The translations under genes and the position numbers were made by a program. Below the pieces are notes generated by a model that was not told where the DNA came from, ran no database searches, and saw nothing but the letters and a program-made list of their open reading frames with translations. From Nageia nagi (taxonomy: Eukaryota; Plantae; Pinophyta), in contig JBITNC010000001.1 of assembly GCA_050084985.1 (NCBI GenBank), positions 115,072,001-115,136,000 of the forward strand: a stretch of 64,000 nt of DNA, given 5' to 3'. Positions 40,157 through 53,016 of this stretch are shown here, in pieces. The first letter of the stretch is position 1, and every line of letters starts with the position of its first letter.

Positions 40157-43100
40157 TGTTGTAACTCAACTATACCCTTTCTTCTAAGTAATTCATCAGG
40201 CTATTTTTTTAGCAAATATTATCATTGAACCCTAATTTTATCTTTCCATTACTCATAATTGATTATCTTAAGAGTATGAAAAGGAAAAATTATCTAAACA
40301 AATATTGTAAATGAAAAATCAAGTTCCATTGGGTAAGGAAAGAGCCTATCGGATAAGAGTGTGTGTCATCAGGTAAGGATACTTATCATCAGATAAGCCT
40401 TGGTTTCATTAGTTTTGGTTGATCAGGTATAAATGTTCCTTATTGAATAAGCTCATTCATCATTGGGTGAGGTTAAAACTTGTCGGGTAATTTATTTAAC
40501 CATCAAACAAGAGTGTTTGTTAATAGATAAAGCTATTTACCATCCAATAAGCTCAATTATCATTGGGTAAGAATTTTTATCATCAAATAACCTCAAAATT
40601 CATTGGATAAGGGGCCAACATCTTGTTATTTAACTTTGCTTCTATTGGATAAGGGGTATAATTATTGTATTACCTTTGTTTTACCAGATAAATTTTAAAT
40701 ACTTAAAGAATGTCTTTAATTGGAAGACCAAATGATTACTTTGTCATATGAGACTTATGTCACATCAACTAAAGTTCTTCACATCAAGTAAGCATTTAAA
40801 ACATTGGGTAAGTTGTAAAGTGATCAAACATAGGAATCTTGAAGAGTGTGAAGGATTACTTATTGCTCCCAATTATTAAGGCCCCATCGAAAATCATAAT
40901 CGAGCCATTTGTTAACCTTAAAATCCAAAGAGCTTACATTTTTATGGTATCAACTATGCTTTTTTGTGCTTAGTTTGAACTAGATGAGGATGGTAGAAAT
41001 TTTAGAGGTAGTAATCTCAAACAATGCATTTGGAGATGAATGGAGGTATAGATTAGTGGGATCTAGAGGAGTTTCCCATAAAGGAATTATCAAAAAGCAG
41101 ACCAAATGTTGACAAAATAAGAAGAATTATCATTCTTCCCAAGATCTAATAGTAGGTATAAAGGCCTCATGGACCCTCTTGAATATGAACTAAGGATGAT
41201 GTGAAATCTATATAATAGGGCACAAGAAGGTGCAGAACTAGGGCCTCCTTAGTTAAATCAATGGAATTCTAATTTGGGAAAGTTAGTATGCCCCTTGGTT
41301 CATTTTTCCAGTGAGCTTATGACTTAGTCAATTCGAAGGTGTGATCTTGTTAGGCATAACTTTATGGATGACAAAGGCAAGATAGTATTCGAATGAAAAG
41401 AGCACAAGATCAAGAAAACTTCTAATCTTCATAAGAATGGTAAGCCTATTGACTTAGCTAATTTTCAAAGATATTGGTTGTTTGTGGGAGATTTCAAAAA
41501 TCATGCTATGATTCAAGATGAAACATCCCTATATGGTTAAGATTCCTTTCCTTTAAGCATATTTTCATTTAAATATTGGACCAAATTTTATGTACAAAAT
41601 ATTAGGTATGTACTAGGTCATAGAAATAATTTCTTTATCCCTAGGGAGATGTTTTTCTTTATAGTTAGAATTGGCTTCACTCTTGATGTGTATAATTGGG
41701 CCAATTATATTTTCAAAAGAATGCATAATGAGTGAGTAAAATTGAAAAATAATTATGAAGAAAAATAGGATTTATACTTTTCTAGGTATTCCATTTTAGT
41801 CCATATCGTTATTTCACAACTGGAGGATAGTTTGGTTAAAGAACTAAGTCTTGATGTTAAATTTGATATTGTGCAAGAAATGCTACTGAATATTTACAAA
41901 GGATACATAATTACCAATGGTTTTGAGATATCTTTTTTCAAAATATCTATAGTAAGTTTACTCTATATATTCCCATAATATTTGGCCATTTCTTGAAATG
42001 TTTAAAAGAATTTGAGGTAGAGGAGGTGATAATTATTGAGGTAGGAATAATAATAAGGATGTTTGGAGGGAAGTTACAACCAAATCTCTTGCCTAAATTT
42101 TGTCCTGATTCCATTTTTTATGAGGAAGCTATCAGATAATTTTGTTGAGGATTTCAAAGTGAGGATTGGTGGAGAATTGTGAAAATATAGATTCTTTAAA
42201 TATCCATGTGAAATAGGCCATAAGATATTTAACAATGCCATTCCTTTATAAGTACTCTGCACATTATGGACAAGTACAAATTTAGATAGGTTCTTTGGAG
42301 GCCATTTGATCCCAATAACAAATTTGCTAAGATTTAGATTAAATCAGCTAGTTTTAAGGTGTCTCATGAAGAAAATGACTTTGAAGATAAGCTAATTAAA
42401 GCATTGAATGAAAAAAACCCTTACATCCTATTTGGAAAAAGTTTGGTTTTGATAGAGGTTGTTGCTAATTATCTTTAATTAGATCTATTTCATATTAGAT
42501 AAGGAAAAATAGAGAAGATACCATTGATATAATGGAGCCTAAAGTTGAAACAATATGCTACAACCAGAAGAATCCTAATTCATTTGAAGTTGTGTTGACT
42601 AAAGAGCCTAAGGATATCTTAATTCGTTATCATCAACCAACTATAGAGATAGCTAAGAAGGTTGAAGAAGAGCAAAGGAACTTAAGAACTTTATCGTTAC
42701 TACCTCCTCGTGAGCTCATTCCCCAATCTATCATATCATTTTAGATAAATCCTATAGTATAAGAAGAAATGTTAAAAAGGTTAAAGATGTGTGAGGCCTT
42801 GCTGACATAAAAATAAATTTTACCCAAAGCTATTATCATTTAGGGTAAAATTGTCCCTATGGATCTTCTTTTCGCTATAAAGTACCAAACATAAGGCTTT
42901 GTTATACCTCCTAGGTATAAAATATATGTACAAAATATTGAAGATGCACTAATAGCTAAGAAATTAAGAATGGAAGAAGCTTAATCATCATATTCTATGG
43001 TCCCTTTGGAAGTTTTCAAAAAGGATTTCACTACTGTAGTTATGTTGGTAAAGGAGTTAGAAGAGGAACCCCCAATGATTGAGGCTCTCCCAATACCTTA

Positions 43101-45081
43101 ACTTGTTGATCCTTTAACAATAATATCTTCATAAGATTTAGTAGAATAAAGCTCTCCTTAGATATTTTTTGACTCCCTCTTCATCCCTTGTTCAACTTCA
43201 AACTGTAAAGAAAGAAAATGTGTATCTTTAGAAAATCCAAAACAATCATCAACTCAATTGGTTGAGGAGGCTAGTGAGGTTCTTTTAGAATTAAAAAAAA
43301 ATAGTTCCTGAAGCAACACTTGATAAAGGAAAGCAAAAATTAGAAAGTGAACAGATAAAGCCTGATATAATGAAATGGTTATTTAAGAAGAATGCTTCAA
43401 ATTGTAAAGGAATGATAACTATGGTCAACTTATTTAAGCCTCTAAAGGATATGACTACAAATGTTGAAGATTAGGCTATTGCAACTTTAGGGGGAAGGAG
43501 CCAAATGAAGTTAGTTTTTGATTTAATCAAATAAAACTACTAAATTCTATTTAATAAATTGGTGTTAGGTACAATGTATACCTTTTGAGAAAAAGTAAAT
43601 CAAATTTATTCAACTAATGTGATGTATGATAAAGATAAATTACTTTTGGGTAAGGTAATTTTGTTGATGGAGTACCTATAGAAGGAATGGGGCAAAATAA
43701 AATTAATAGATGATGTTGATATATTTGAGGAAGAATCTAGGGATGAAATTGAAAAATTAAAATCAATATTGATTGAAATTAGCCCAAGAACAGATGAGAA
43801 ATATGAAACATTTTTGCAAGTTGCAAATCAATTTATGAAGATGGAAAAATTAATAGGTAAGTTTGAATCAATTTTTTGAAGTCATATAAGAGAATTAGTG
43901 GTGTTATATCAAATCTTGTAAGAATTACCGAATTTCACTCAAGAAGAATGGAATTTATAAGGAAAACCTCTACAAGTTCTTTACCAGCTATCAATTGTGA
44001 TAAAAAGAAAATAAAGATTTTGTTTTATCGATTCAATGTGCATGTGTAGTTTTGGGCATAAGATATCTAAGAAACACTTGGCAAATAGGTAGAAAATGCC
44101 TTTTAGGATAGAATATAGTTAGTTTCAGATATTTCAACTAGTACACCATTTGGAATCAAAGTTGACATTTGTGAAGGTCTGCAATATAATCTATAAAAGG
44201 AAGGGAGGAGTAGGGAAAAGGATCTTTTATTGATCAATCAAGCTAGTTGGGTATGAATTGTTGTATTTGTTTAAGGTTTTCACATAGTTTTTTAGCCTTG
44301 TTATATTTTGTGTTCACCATTTCTAAAGCATCTGTTATGTGATTTTCAAGAAATATTCTAGAGAAGCAGGTTATCTTCCATTCATCTTTCACCCAAATTT
44401 CGAGCAGTTTAGGTTAGGTAAACGTGTTTTTGCCAGAGGTTGTCACATTATTTGGTAAATATACTATGATTGTAGTTAAGTAAGACATTGGATATTGTAT
44501 TAAGTTTTTGTGCAATATGATGATGTATGGTTCTAATATTTAAAGGGCATCCCTTTGTTATATTTTTCTGTGATTATGTAATATGTTGTTGTCGATGTTT
44601 CATTTATTATTATAAGTATCAAATAGTGAATGAATGCTTCTTTTATATTATTTAGTACATTACTCTCGTAGTATGTGTTGATTGAGTTATTAAAAATGGG
44701 TTCAATATTCTTCTTCATTCTTTGTTAATGCTTGTTTAACTCTATGATGCAATAGATAAGGCACCCATATGCACTATAGTTTAGGTTGGTTAGAGGTATT
44801 AGGTCATTCTCTCTTTAAGAAATCATCATTTCCCTTTGAGTAGAATAAAAACCAATGATCTCAAAGATTAACATGTTTTATTCAATGGAGATCGAATGGG
44901 GGTTACAATCCTAGGATAATTGATAGATCAATAGGTCTAATTTCATTATCATTTGATCTAAACTACCTAAAAAGGAGTTTGGATCCAAATAATCTCATAT
45001 ACCTATTGATACCTAGGAGGATTAACACTTGGTGACATTTTTTTGAAAGCCTATTTAAAAGGGGTGTTAATATTTCTCACA
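40157..45081 (+). mobile_element. 4.9-kb solo-LTR-like insertion carrying a long decayed ORF (element A)
   Basis: Begins TGTTGT, ends CTCACA; flanks ATAAT/ATAAG; repeated CATC/TGGGTAAG motifs at 40325-40815; ORF homologous to that of element B. Confidence 0.6.
40990..44090 (+). pseudogene. Decayed ~1000-codon ORF of element A (helical N-terminal domain, E/K-rich coiled-coil-like C-terminus)
   Basis: FMDDKGKIVF..KIKK, then VLGHRNNFFIPREMFFFIVRIG..YNWANYIFKRMHNE..YFSRYSILVHIV, which aligns with element B ORF; many stops. Confidence 0.6.
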
Positions 45082-46310
45082 ATAAGAATGGAAAAAACAT
45101 CTAGGACTCCACATATTGCCCCATAAGTGTCTTCTTCTCCCATTCTTGTCATAAAAATGCTAGTGGTCCAAACTTCTCTTCCATTGGCTATCATATCTTC
45201 ATGCATGGAGCTGAAATACTAAATCAAATTAGAATGTAAATTTGAGCCATCATTAAACTCAATGTATGAGATAAATAAGGGTTGATCCATGCACTTCATC
45301 ATCATTATTCCTTGTTGATGTTCATAAACTAAGTGTGGTAATAAGATCAAATTTTTCTTTCTAACCATGCCATCAATTTTGCAAAGTGGGATATGGAGGG
45401 CATCCCTATAAGTGACCTTAACTATAACAAGCAATGTGGGCATGCTAAATCCTAACTTCATCAACCTATTACCCCTCATTATTGCAACCTAAGGAAGGGA
45501 ATGAAACATAGTGTATTATTGTTATAAAAATCAATGATACAACCATATCTTTTTGGAGTTATCACATGTTACTACCTAAAATCTAAATGTAGTAAGGAAG
45601 CCTAATTTATTTATCTAATCATGCTATCATCCCCACCATGGTTATGAGGAATGAGGAATGCTCTTTGGTACCATTGTACAAAATGATCTTTTAACTTGGT
45701 GATTCATTTGTTCACATTCCATCCCTAGTGCATCCTAAGATGAGCTAATTAAACTTGGTATATTGCTATAGAAATAAAAGATGTTGTAGTACCTTTTATG
45801 AGTGGTAATGTGGCTAAATCTTGCCCCAAATGTGTGCCCATGGGATTTCTTTATGCTGAGTGTACTACTACAAAATTATAAGTGTTGTAGTGCCTTTTAT
45901 GAGTGGTAATTTGGTTGGCCCATGAATTTAAAAAGTATCTATATGAATCCATAAGTGATGCATCCCTTTGAAATCTCTTAAAAGTCTTCTCAAGAATTGG
46001 TCCATAATGTTGATGTCATGTTATTCTTTCTTCAGTGTTAACTTCTAAACTTGATGAATCTTCTTTGCTTATCATAGTTCCTACATAAATCTTGTGAACC
46101 AAGTCATATTCATGCGGTAAGATATCATCCTTTCTTTCATCATATTCTTCCTTCAAGGGTGTATTGATGATCTCAATCATGTCATTAATTACAATAACCA
46201 TAGAAATATCACTGGATTGGTATGTTGGAGCCATTGTTTGGTTCTTTTCCTCATGCTGAACATTATCAATAGTAGTTGTATGCATATCCATAAAATCATT
46301 CATAGATCTT

Positions 46311-46571
46311 TTAGCTAAAGTCTTTGAAAGTGATGATGTGTTCAAGGCTCAAATTGGTAAGGCCATTGTACCACCATTCATGTGCAATACCTTCAAGGTG
46401 GAGTGAAGCATACTGAATTACATCCTTCTCATTCATCGGACGAAGGGTGAAGTATGTTCTCATCTTTTGTAGCCATACTTCTATGGTCATGTTGCTTCCA
46501 TTGAATATGGACACTTGCAATTGCTTATAGTACTTGCTTCCTTGGTCCATCTTATTCCCAAAAAACTTCAA
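46311..46571 (-). pseudogene. Ty3/gypsy gag remnant
   Basis: FNGSN..EVWLQKMRTYF..IQYASLHLEGIAHEWW, a retrotransposon gag pattern. Confidence 0.85.
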
Positions 46572-46879
46572 ATATCCCTCAAATGAAATTGATTGTCTAA
46601 ATTCATCACTTTTTGCTTGGTATTATGTGAAATAGTCATCCATATCATCACCTTGTCTTTTATTACTTTCTTGCTCTAGCGAGAATGTAGGTAATAGGTG
46701 GGTGACATTCTCTTGTCCATGTGTGGATGATCCAATCATTCCTTCATGAGGCTTAGAGAGCCCATCAACTTTGTTGACTAACTAAGCTAGCAAATTAACC
46801 ATAGACTTCAACTTTTATTAAGGAATTTTAATCTTTCGAATCCTTCACAGGCAGGTAGGATTCAAAGTTTTGATACTAA

Positions 46880-48035
46880 TGTAATTTTCCTTTCTAGGGT
46901 TTATCCAATTTAACATTCAATTCCACGTTCATTCATAAATTAAAGCATCAATGAACTTGCTCATTAACCATCCAAACATGCACTCAAAATTGGAATATAA
47001 CAACAATACCCAAATCTAATATAAAGCTCTTATAACATGTGAATATGAACAAAACTAGGGCATAAATAAGATCTATCACATAACATAAATATAGCTCCAA
47101 AAGTACTCAATTCATATACATTCCCATGCATAAAGAAGATAGTAGCATAACAAAAATATATAGGAACATTTATTCACATTCAAGATGTAATATGAAAGCT
47201 AATATCATTAATAACCAACCAATAATAAGTGTAGGGTTGTAACAAGTTTGTAACAAGTTCTAAGGCAAAGCCCAAGACTCCAAAATGTTCAAACTAGACT
47301 CCTAAAGGCTAGTGCAAGTCCCAAGAAGGCTTATAAGCTAGGCATAAGTATCAAAATATTCCCAATAGCTGGCGTAAGCTCCCAAGTGGTAAGGATGATA
47401 GGAATAAACTCTCCAAGAGATGTAGAAGCATAAATGAGTCACTTATAGTCTAGGGAGTAGCCCTAAGCTTAAGAAGGTAGATAAGGGAAGCATCCCTAAG
47501 CTTTGAATGATCCAAGATCGAATGTACAATATGATGTCTTTAAATGAGGTGCTCACTTCCCTTTTATAGAAGTCCAATTCTAATTTATGGTTGGTCAACC
47601 CAACCTAGAATACAATAACTCTTAATTGACAAATGACTCCTCCTAAGCTATATATTGGACAATTAAGGAATAATATATTTCTCTATTACAAAACATGACC
47701 TTCTTTTATTATAAAATAACAAAGACTCCTAATCTAAATATAATTCACTCCTAATACCCCTCATAGGACCAAACCATTAATTAAAAGTGTCACAAAAGAC
47801 ACTAAATACAATATTAATAAGTTAGGTTTCACGTGCGTGATAGTAGAATCTGAATTTGGGGATGAATCTTCAAATGTCCATATCTTCCCTGTTTCTTAAC
47901 AGAACCATGTCGTGTGACCTATCAAAATGATTAGCATGAGATTCTCTACCCATATTAGAAGACAAATCGACGATTCCATGTATTGTGACAAAAGTTATGT
48001 CTTTAGCAAAGTTTCTCGAAATTGGGAACATTACA
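46880..48035 (-). repeat. Gypsy 5' LTR
   Basis: Colinear with 37061-38216; PBS adjacent. Confidence 0.93.
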
Positions 48036-48741
48036 AAGGCCAAGGTTTAAATATCTCTACCCTAAGAGTGGAAGATGTAAAAATCAAATACAAATCTTAA
48101 GAAGAGATACCCTATAAAAATGTTGGCGAGATAAAATAAAAAATAAAAAACAACATAATAAAAAAATGGAAAGAATCACAAACAAATTATAAAAAGAAAT
48201 ATATTTGAACACCAATTAAAAAAAACTTCTCAATCAAATGAAATATATTTGAATTCATTAAAATTTTATAATTTAATGCATTAAATTTTCAACATCAACT
48301 CACTAGATTGAAATTCTTCTCCAATTTCTCTTTTTGAAATAATAAAAATTATAGATTAACAATTGAGTGGATTAAAACAAATTATAATGCAAACAACCTC
48401 TTTGATTCCCATTAAAAAATATTATATTGAAATCAACTAAAAAAGGTAAACTTTTAATAAATTAGATTTTCAACATTACCTATTAAATTTAAATTTCCTT
48501 TCAAAAAGAGTTATTGTTTCTTCTAAGTCCACATAAATTAGATTTTCAATAAGTGAACTAGTAAAGAGAAGGCATCTATCAAGAGGAAACCAAGGTTCAA
48601 ATCCTTGAAATCTAGCTTTTATATTTTAAAGCAGGGATAGTAGATCAAACTTGATTTATCAATGCTCATTGATCAAAAGATAACATTTCTCAACCACAAT
48701 TCCTTTATTTTTCTTTATAAAGAAGAGACATATTATAATGA

Positions 48742-48900
48742 TTGATTAGAAAGAAAGAAAGAAAAAAAATTATTAACGTCCTTGAGAGACCAAGAGTGGT
48801 CTATGGAACGACTATAAGGAGTACATTGTATTACTCTTAGTGGGATTTGAACATGGGACACTCTCTGAAACAAGGTCACAACATGACCAACTCAACCAAC
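48742..48900 (-). mobile_element. tRNA-derived SINE (most complete copy)
   Basis: Minus-strand A-box TGGTTGAGTTGG (48887-48898), B-box GTTCAAATCC (48843-48852), (CTTT)n tail; two more copies in the window. Confidence 0.8.
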
Positions 48901-49605
48901 AAAGAGAATAACATTTTCCAACCACAAATTCCTTACTTTCCTCAATGAAGAAGAAACACACTATAATGATGCTACCAAACATTTGAACCTTTAACTCTAA
49001 ATACTAAAGAAAGGAATATTACCAAATCTTTGAATATAGAAAAAAGTCAAAATTAAAAATTAACAAAGAGAAATTGTATTTATCTCAATGAGACAATACC
49101 ATGATTCAAATTGTAACTCTTCTATAAAATAATACAATGATGCAAACTGTGACTCTTTAAATGATTATTTCATTCTATTGTAATTTGGTACACTTTAACT
49201 ATTTTAGATTGTTTTAATGCTTACAATCATGAAGAGATTCCTACACAAAATCTGGGTTCCTGGTTCCTGTAACAGTTGAGCTTAAAAAAAGTTGTCACGA
49301 TGCACAAAAACTGTGTTGGAATTGTTTATTACTTGTCACTAAAAACTAACTAATGATAAGCCAATCACAAACCGTAGGATCTCCGAAGGATCCTTCAATC
49401 GCACGGACCCCGAAACTCCATACTGTTTACCCCGCCTTCATCTGCAATTTCCTCCTCTCCTCCTCCTGTCGTTTCCGCAGGCATCCATTGACCGGAAGAT
49501 TCACCATAAACACAAATACCTATCACCAAACAATAACAATATTTCTGCCCACCATAAACCCAGTTCTCCAATTGAAATGCAGAGGATCTCGGCTCTTTCA
49601 AAGCC

Positions 49606-50049
49606 ATGTCCCTCATATGCGGCGGAATTCCCATTTTGGAATGCGTTTACTGCATAGCCTGTGCGCGCTGGGCATGGAAACGATGCCTCCACACCGCCGA
49701 AGACGACAGTCGCCATTGGGGCCTCGCCTCCCCGGACGAGTTCGAACCCGTGCCACGGATGTGCCGTCTTATACTCTCTGTCTACGAAGATGATATGACC
49801 AAACCCAAATGGGCTCCCCCGGGTGGTTATCTTCTGGATTTGCACGGTTTCCTCAAGCGTGCCACATATTCCCACACGGGCGGTCGTGCCCCTCCTTACG
49901 TAATTTATCTGGACCATGAACACCGTGACATAGTTCTGGCAATCCGAGGCCTTAATATGGTTATGGAGAGTGACTATGCATTGCTATGGGATAATAAGCT
50001 TGGGCAGCAGATGTTCGATGGAGGTTTCGTCCACAATGGCCTGCTCAAG
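49606..50049 (+). CDS. Class-3 lipase with Lipase3 N-terminal domain (alpha/beta hydrolase), exon 1
   Basis: MSLICGGIPILECVYCIACARWAWKRCL..FEPVPR..AIRGLN..FDGGFVHNGLLK; 444 nt ending AAG|GT. Confidence 0.95.
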
Positions 50050-50124
50050 GTAGTTTAATTCACCCATATATATATTTTGTTTGATGGGTGTTTGGATTTG
50101 AAGGTGGTGTTTTTTGTGTTTCAG

Positions 50125-50388
50125 TCCGCGGCTTGGTTGCTTTCTATGGAAGGGGATGTGTTGAAGAAATTGGTGGAGGAGTATCCGGAGTATACGATGA
50201 CTTTTACTGGGCATTCTCTTGGGTCGGGGATAGCGGCTCTCATGGCGTTGATTGTGGCGAAGAATGGTGACCTGCTGGGAGACATTGAGAGGAGGAGGAT
50301 AAGGTGTTATGCGATTGCGCCGGCGAGGTGTATGTCGCTCAATTTGGCGGTGAGATATGGGGATATTATCTATTCGGTTGTGTTGCAG
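50125..50388 (+). CDS. Class-3 lipase exon 2 (catalytic GHSLG)
   Basis: TTCAG|TCC; SAAWLL..FTGHSLGSG..CYAIAPARCMSLNLAVRY..VVLQ|GT; 264 nt, in frame. Confidence 0.95.
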
Positions 50389-51249
50389 GTATGGATTGAA
50401 AGAACTTGAGTTTCGAAAACTTAAAAGCAATTGTTTTAAGGAAGGCTTTTTATGTAAGGAATTGTGGTGGAGTGATTGGAATCTCGTTATCTTGAGCATC
50501 TTACTTGCACGACAGTTTTGATCGGCAATCTCTTTTTCTTGCACACAACTACAAGCAGAAGACTAATGGGCACATACTTGTAGATTAAGTTTGAACTCAC
50601 CTAACTCTTGGTGGTGATAAAAATATTGAAATAGTAAACAATTTGGAATTCACTATCTACTGCATTTTCTTTCTACTTTCTTATATAAGACAACGGCTCC
50701 AGGTGCAAGATAACAAAACTAAAAACTAGTACAGAGCAATACTATAGCCAATTACAGGGACAATTGCATCAAATATTATATAGATGTAAAATCAAAACAG
50801 TCAACTAAAATTGGAAGATTGTATTCTTTGTAATGGGAAGAATTGGGTATAATTTGCACTAGCTAATTTTCCACAGAGGTAAGTAACCTCATGCGGCCTG
50901 CCTCACACATACCAAACAACAAGCCAATGGTAAAGAATTTGAGAAATATTTTTATTCAATAAATTCAAACAGGGTAGTTTGACTCAAATTGGCAATTACT
51001 TGGTAAGCATGTTGACTTGGCAAAAAATTGGACTTATAAAAATTTGGTAAAAAAATGCATAATATGTATATTTTTATATAAAAATTTATTTTTAGCCATC
51101 TCTTAACATTCCATATCAAATAAGTTAATAACATAATGTAATTTGTAGAGTTTTGTATTACATTTCCAAGGTTCAAAACACATTACAAAGTTTCAATTTG
51201 CAAATTTACAAAACAAAATCTGAATCAGTTTCCTATTTTTGCAGCTTTG

Positions 51250-52950
51250 TTTTGTCCTTTGCCTTATCTTGCAAGTTTGGTCCTGGTTGTTGCTGGTTGT
51301 GATCGACCCTCTTCTTGTGCTTGCGAGGCTGCTGTTGCTCATGCCTCTTCCTCTACCATTGCGGCAACTTCTTGTTTCATGGCTTTCAAATCTTCAAAGC
51401 TGACATCAAAATCGACATCCACCTTTGGTTGGTGTTCTAATAAACATTCTGCTTGTGGATTTGTTGGATCGATTGCATCCAACTCTATCGCCTCGTTATT
51501 GGTTCTTTCAATTTTTTTGTGATAAAGACGAAAGTTGTAATGCACAAATACTAGATCATTTAAGCACTCTTGGGTGAGCTTGTTGTGCTTCTTTTAGTGG
51601 ATATGTTTAAAGGTGCTTTAATTTCGCTCACATGTAGAAGCATTGCATGTTTGGATAAGATCCTAGTTGCCAGCTTTTTAAGATTGAGCATTTTACCACC
51701 ATAATCCTCTCACCATAGATTTGAAAGAAAAAAAGAAATAAGATTTCTATTTTGTTATAATAAGTGAGCAATTCACTAAAATAAAATACATTTTGTTATT
51801 TGGAGCCTGAGTGCCCCTTCCATCAAGGCATTGTGGAGATTGGAAGAGGTAGCTTTGTTCCTTCTTATAAATTTGAAGCTCGTGATGTACAATATTATTT
51901 CTCATAGCCACATTAGTCACCATATGCTCAATGCACAATTGGAGGCCTATGGAAACTTCCTCATTCATGCCAAAATACTTTGTATAGAAAAACATAGAGT
52001 TCAGGTAGTTCCCTGCTACATGTAGAGGCCTAGGAAGTTGTTTTAGTCATCCATGGTCAATGATGTCCCAAATGGGATGATATTTCCTCTCCTTATAGCT
52101 ATAAAAGGAAGCGATAGCTTTATAAAGGTAATCCATAGGGGATTTATCTGAGTCAATGAGGCAAAAATCTTCACCAAGGGCTTCAAAAATTGCAATGCAA
52201 ATTATACAATTAGTACATATTCCTATTAAATTAAAAATTGATAGCAAAAAACTTGAAATTGAATTATACCTGAATAATTTCATGTGATGCCTCCCAAAAG
52301 GCATCATCAAAGACCCAATCAACAACATTCATGCCGTCAGTTTCACATGCATATTTAGAGGTTGATCACTTGTTGCTCATGAACATTTGCTTCAAAACAA
52401 CTCTTGATTCGTATAGACAATGCAATGAAATAAATGATGTGGCAAAACACGTAACCCTAGATGTGCAAGTGATAAATATTTTTTTTAAGTCTTTTTATTT
52501 CAAATCTCAATGGAAAATTCGAAAATAAATTAAATGAAAATTAAAATAAGATATCAAATTTATAATACTTGCATGTACAATATGCCCTTCGTGAAATTTA
52601 TCCTCATCAAATTGAGGATCCATGTTTTAGTGTAGATGTATCATGTAATGTTTTTTTGCTCCGTTTATAACCTCTTCACCCAACCAATTTTCCCAATGTC
52701 CTCAAGAAGTAAATCAATACAATGTGTAGCACATGGACTCCAAAAAATAGTTGGGTATCTCTTCTCAGTGAGTGTTTCTTCTGAGATGTATGTAGTGGCA
52801 TTATCTATGATAATCTGCACAACATTCTCAAGGCCCATGGCCATAATGACCTCCTCAAGCAACCCAAATAAATACTTGACAATTTTTACTTTTGCCAATG
52901 CATCCATTGATTTCGAGAACACTAGACCTAAAAAAGAAACCAAAAATTAC
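51250..52950 (-). mobile_element. hAT (DUF659-type) transposase remnant in lipase intron 2
   Basis: ENVVQIIIDNA..IFWSPCATHCIDLLLEDIGK; DSDKSPMDYLY..PIWDIID; C-terminal RLNDLVFVHYN-like motif (~51535-51565). CpG-decayed subterminal-like repeats at ~54250-54415. Confidence 0.88.
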
Positions 52951-53016
52951 AATGTGATGGTATTGTTAACTATTTTAATACGTAAATAATTACAATACTA
53001 AGCTTTCTTTTTGCAA

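Larger units (their letters stand above)
37061..48035 (-). mobile_element. Ty3/gypsy-derived LTR retrotransposon, apparently non-autonomous, with a nested insertion
   Basis: ~1156-bp LTR pair with TG...CA ends; TSD AAGGT/AAGGC; degenerate iMet PBS at ~46867-46878; PPT AAGGAGGGAGG at ~38220-38230; gag remnant; no recognisable RT or integrase. Confidence 0.93.

Noticed and set aside
49353-50544. Overlapping alternative-frame and antisense ORFs around the lipase exons
   Set aside because: By-products of GC-richer coding sequence; the lipase frame explains the region.
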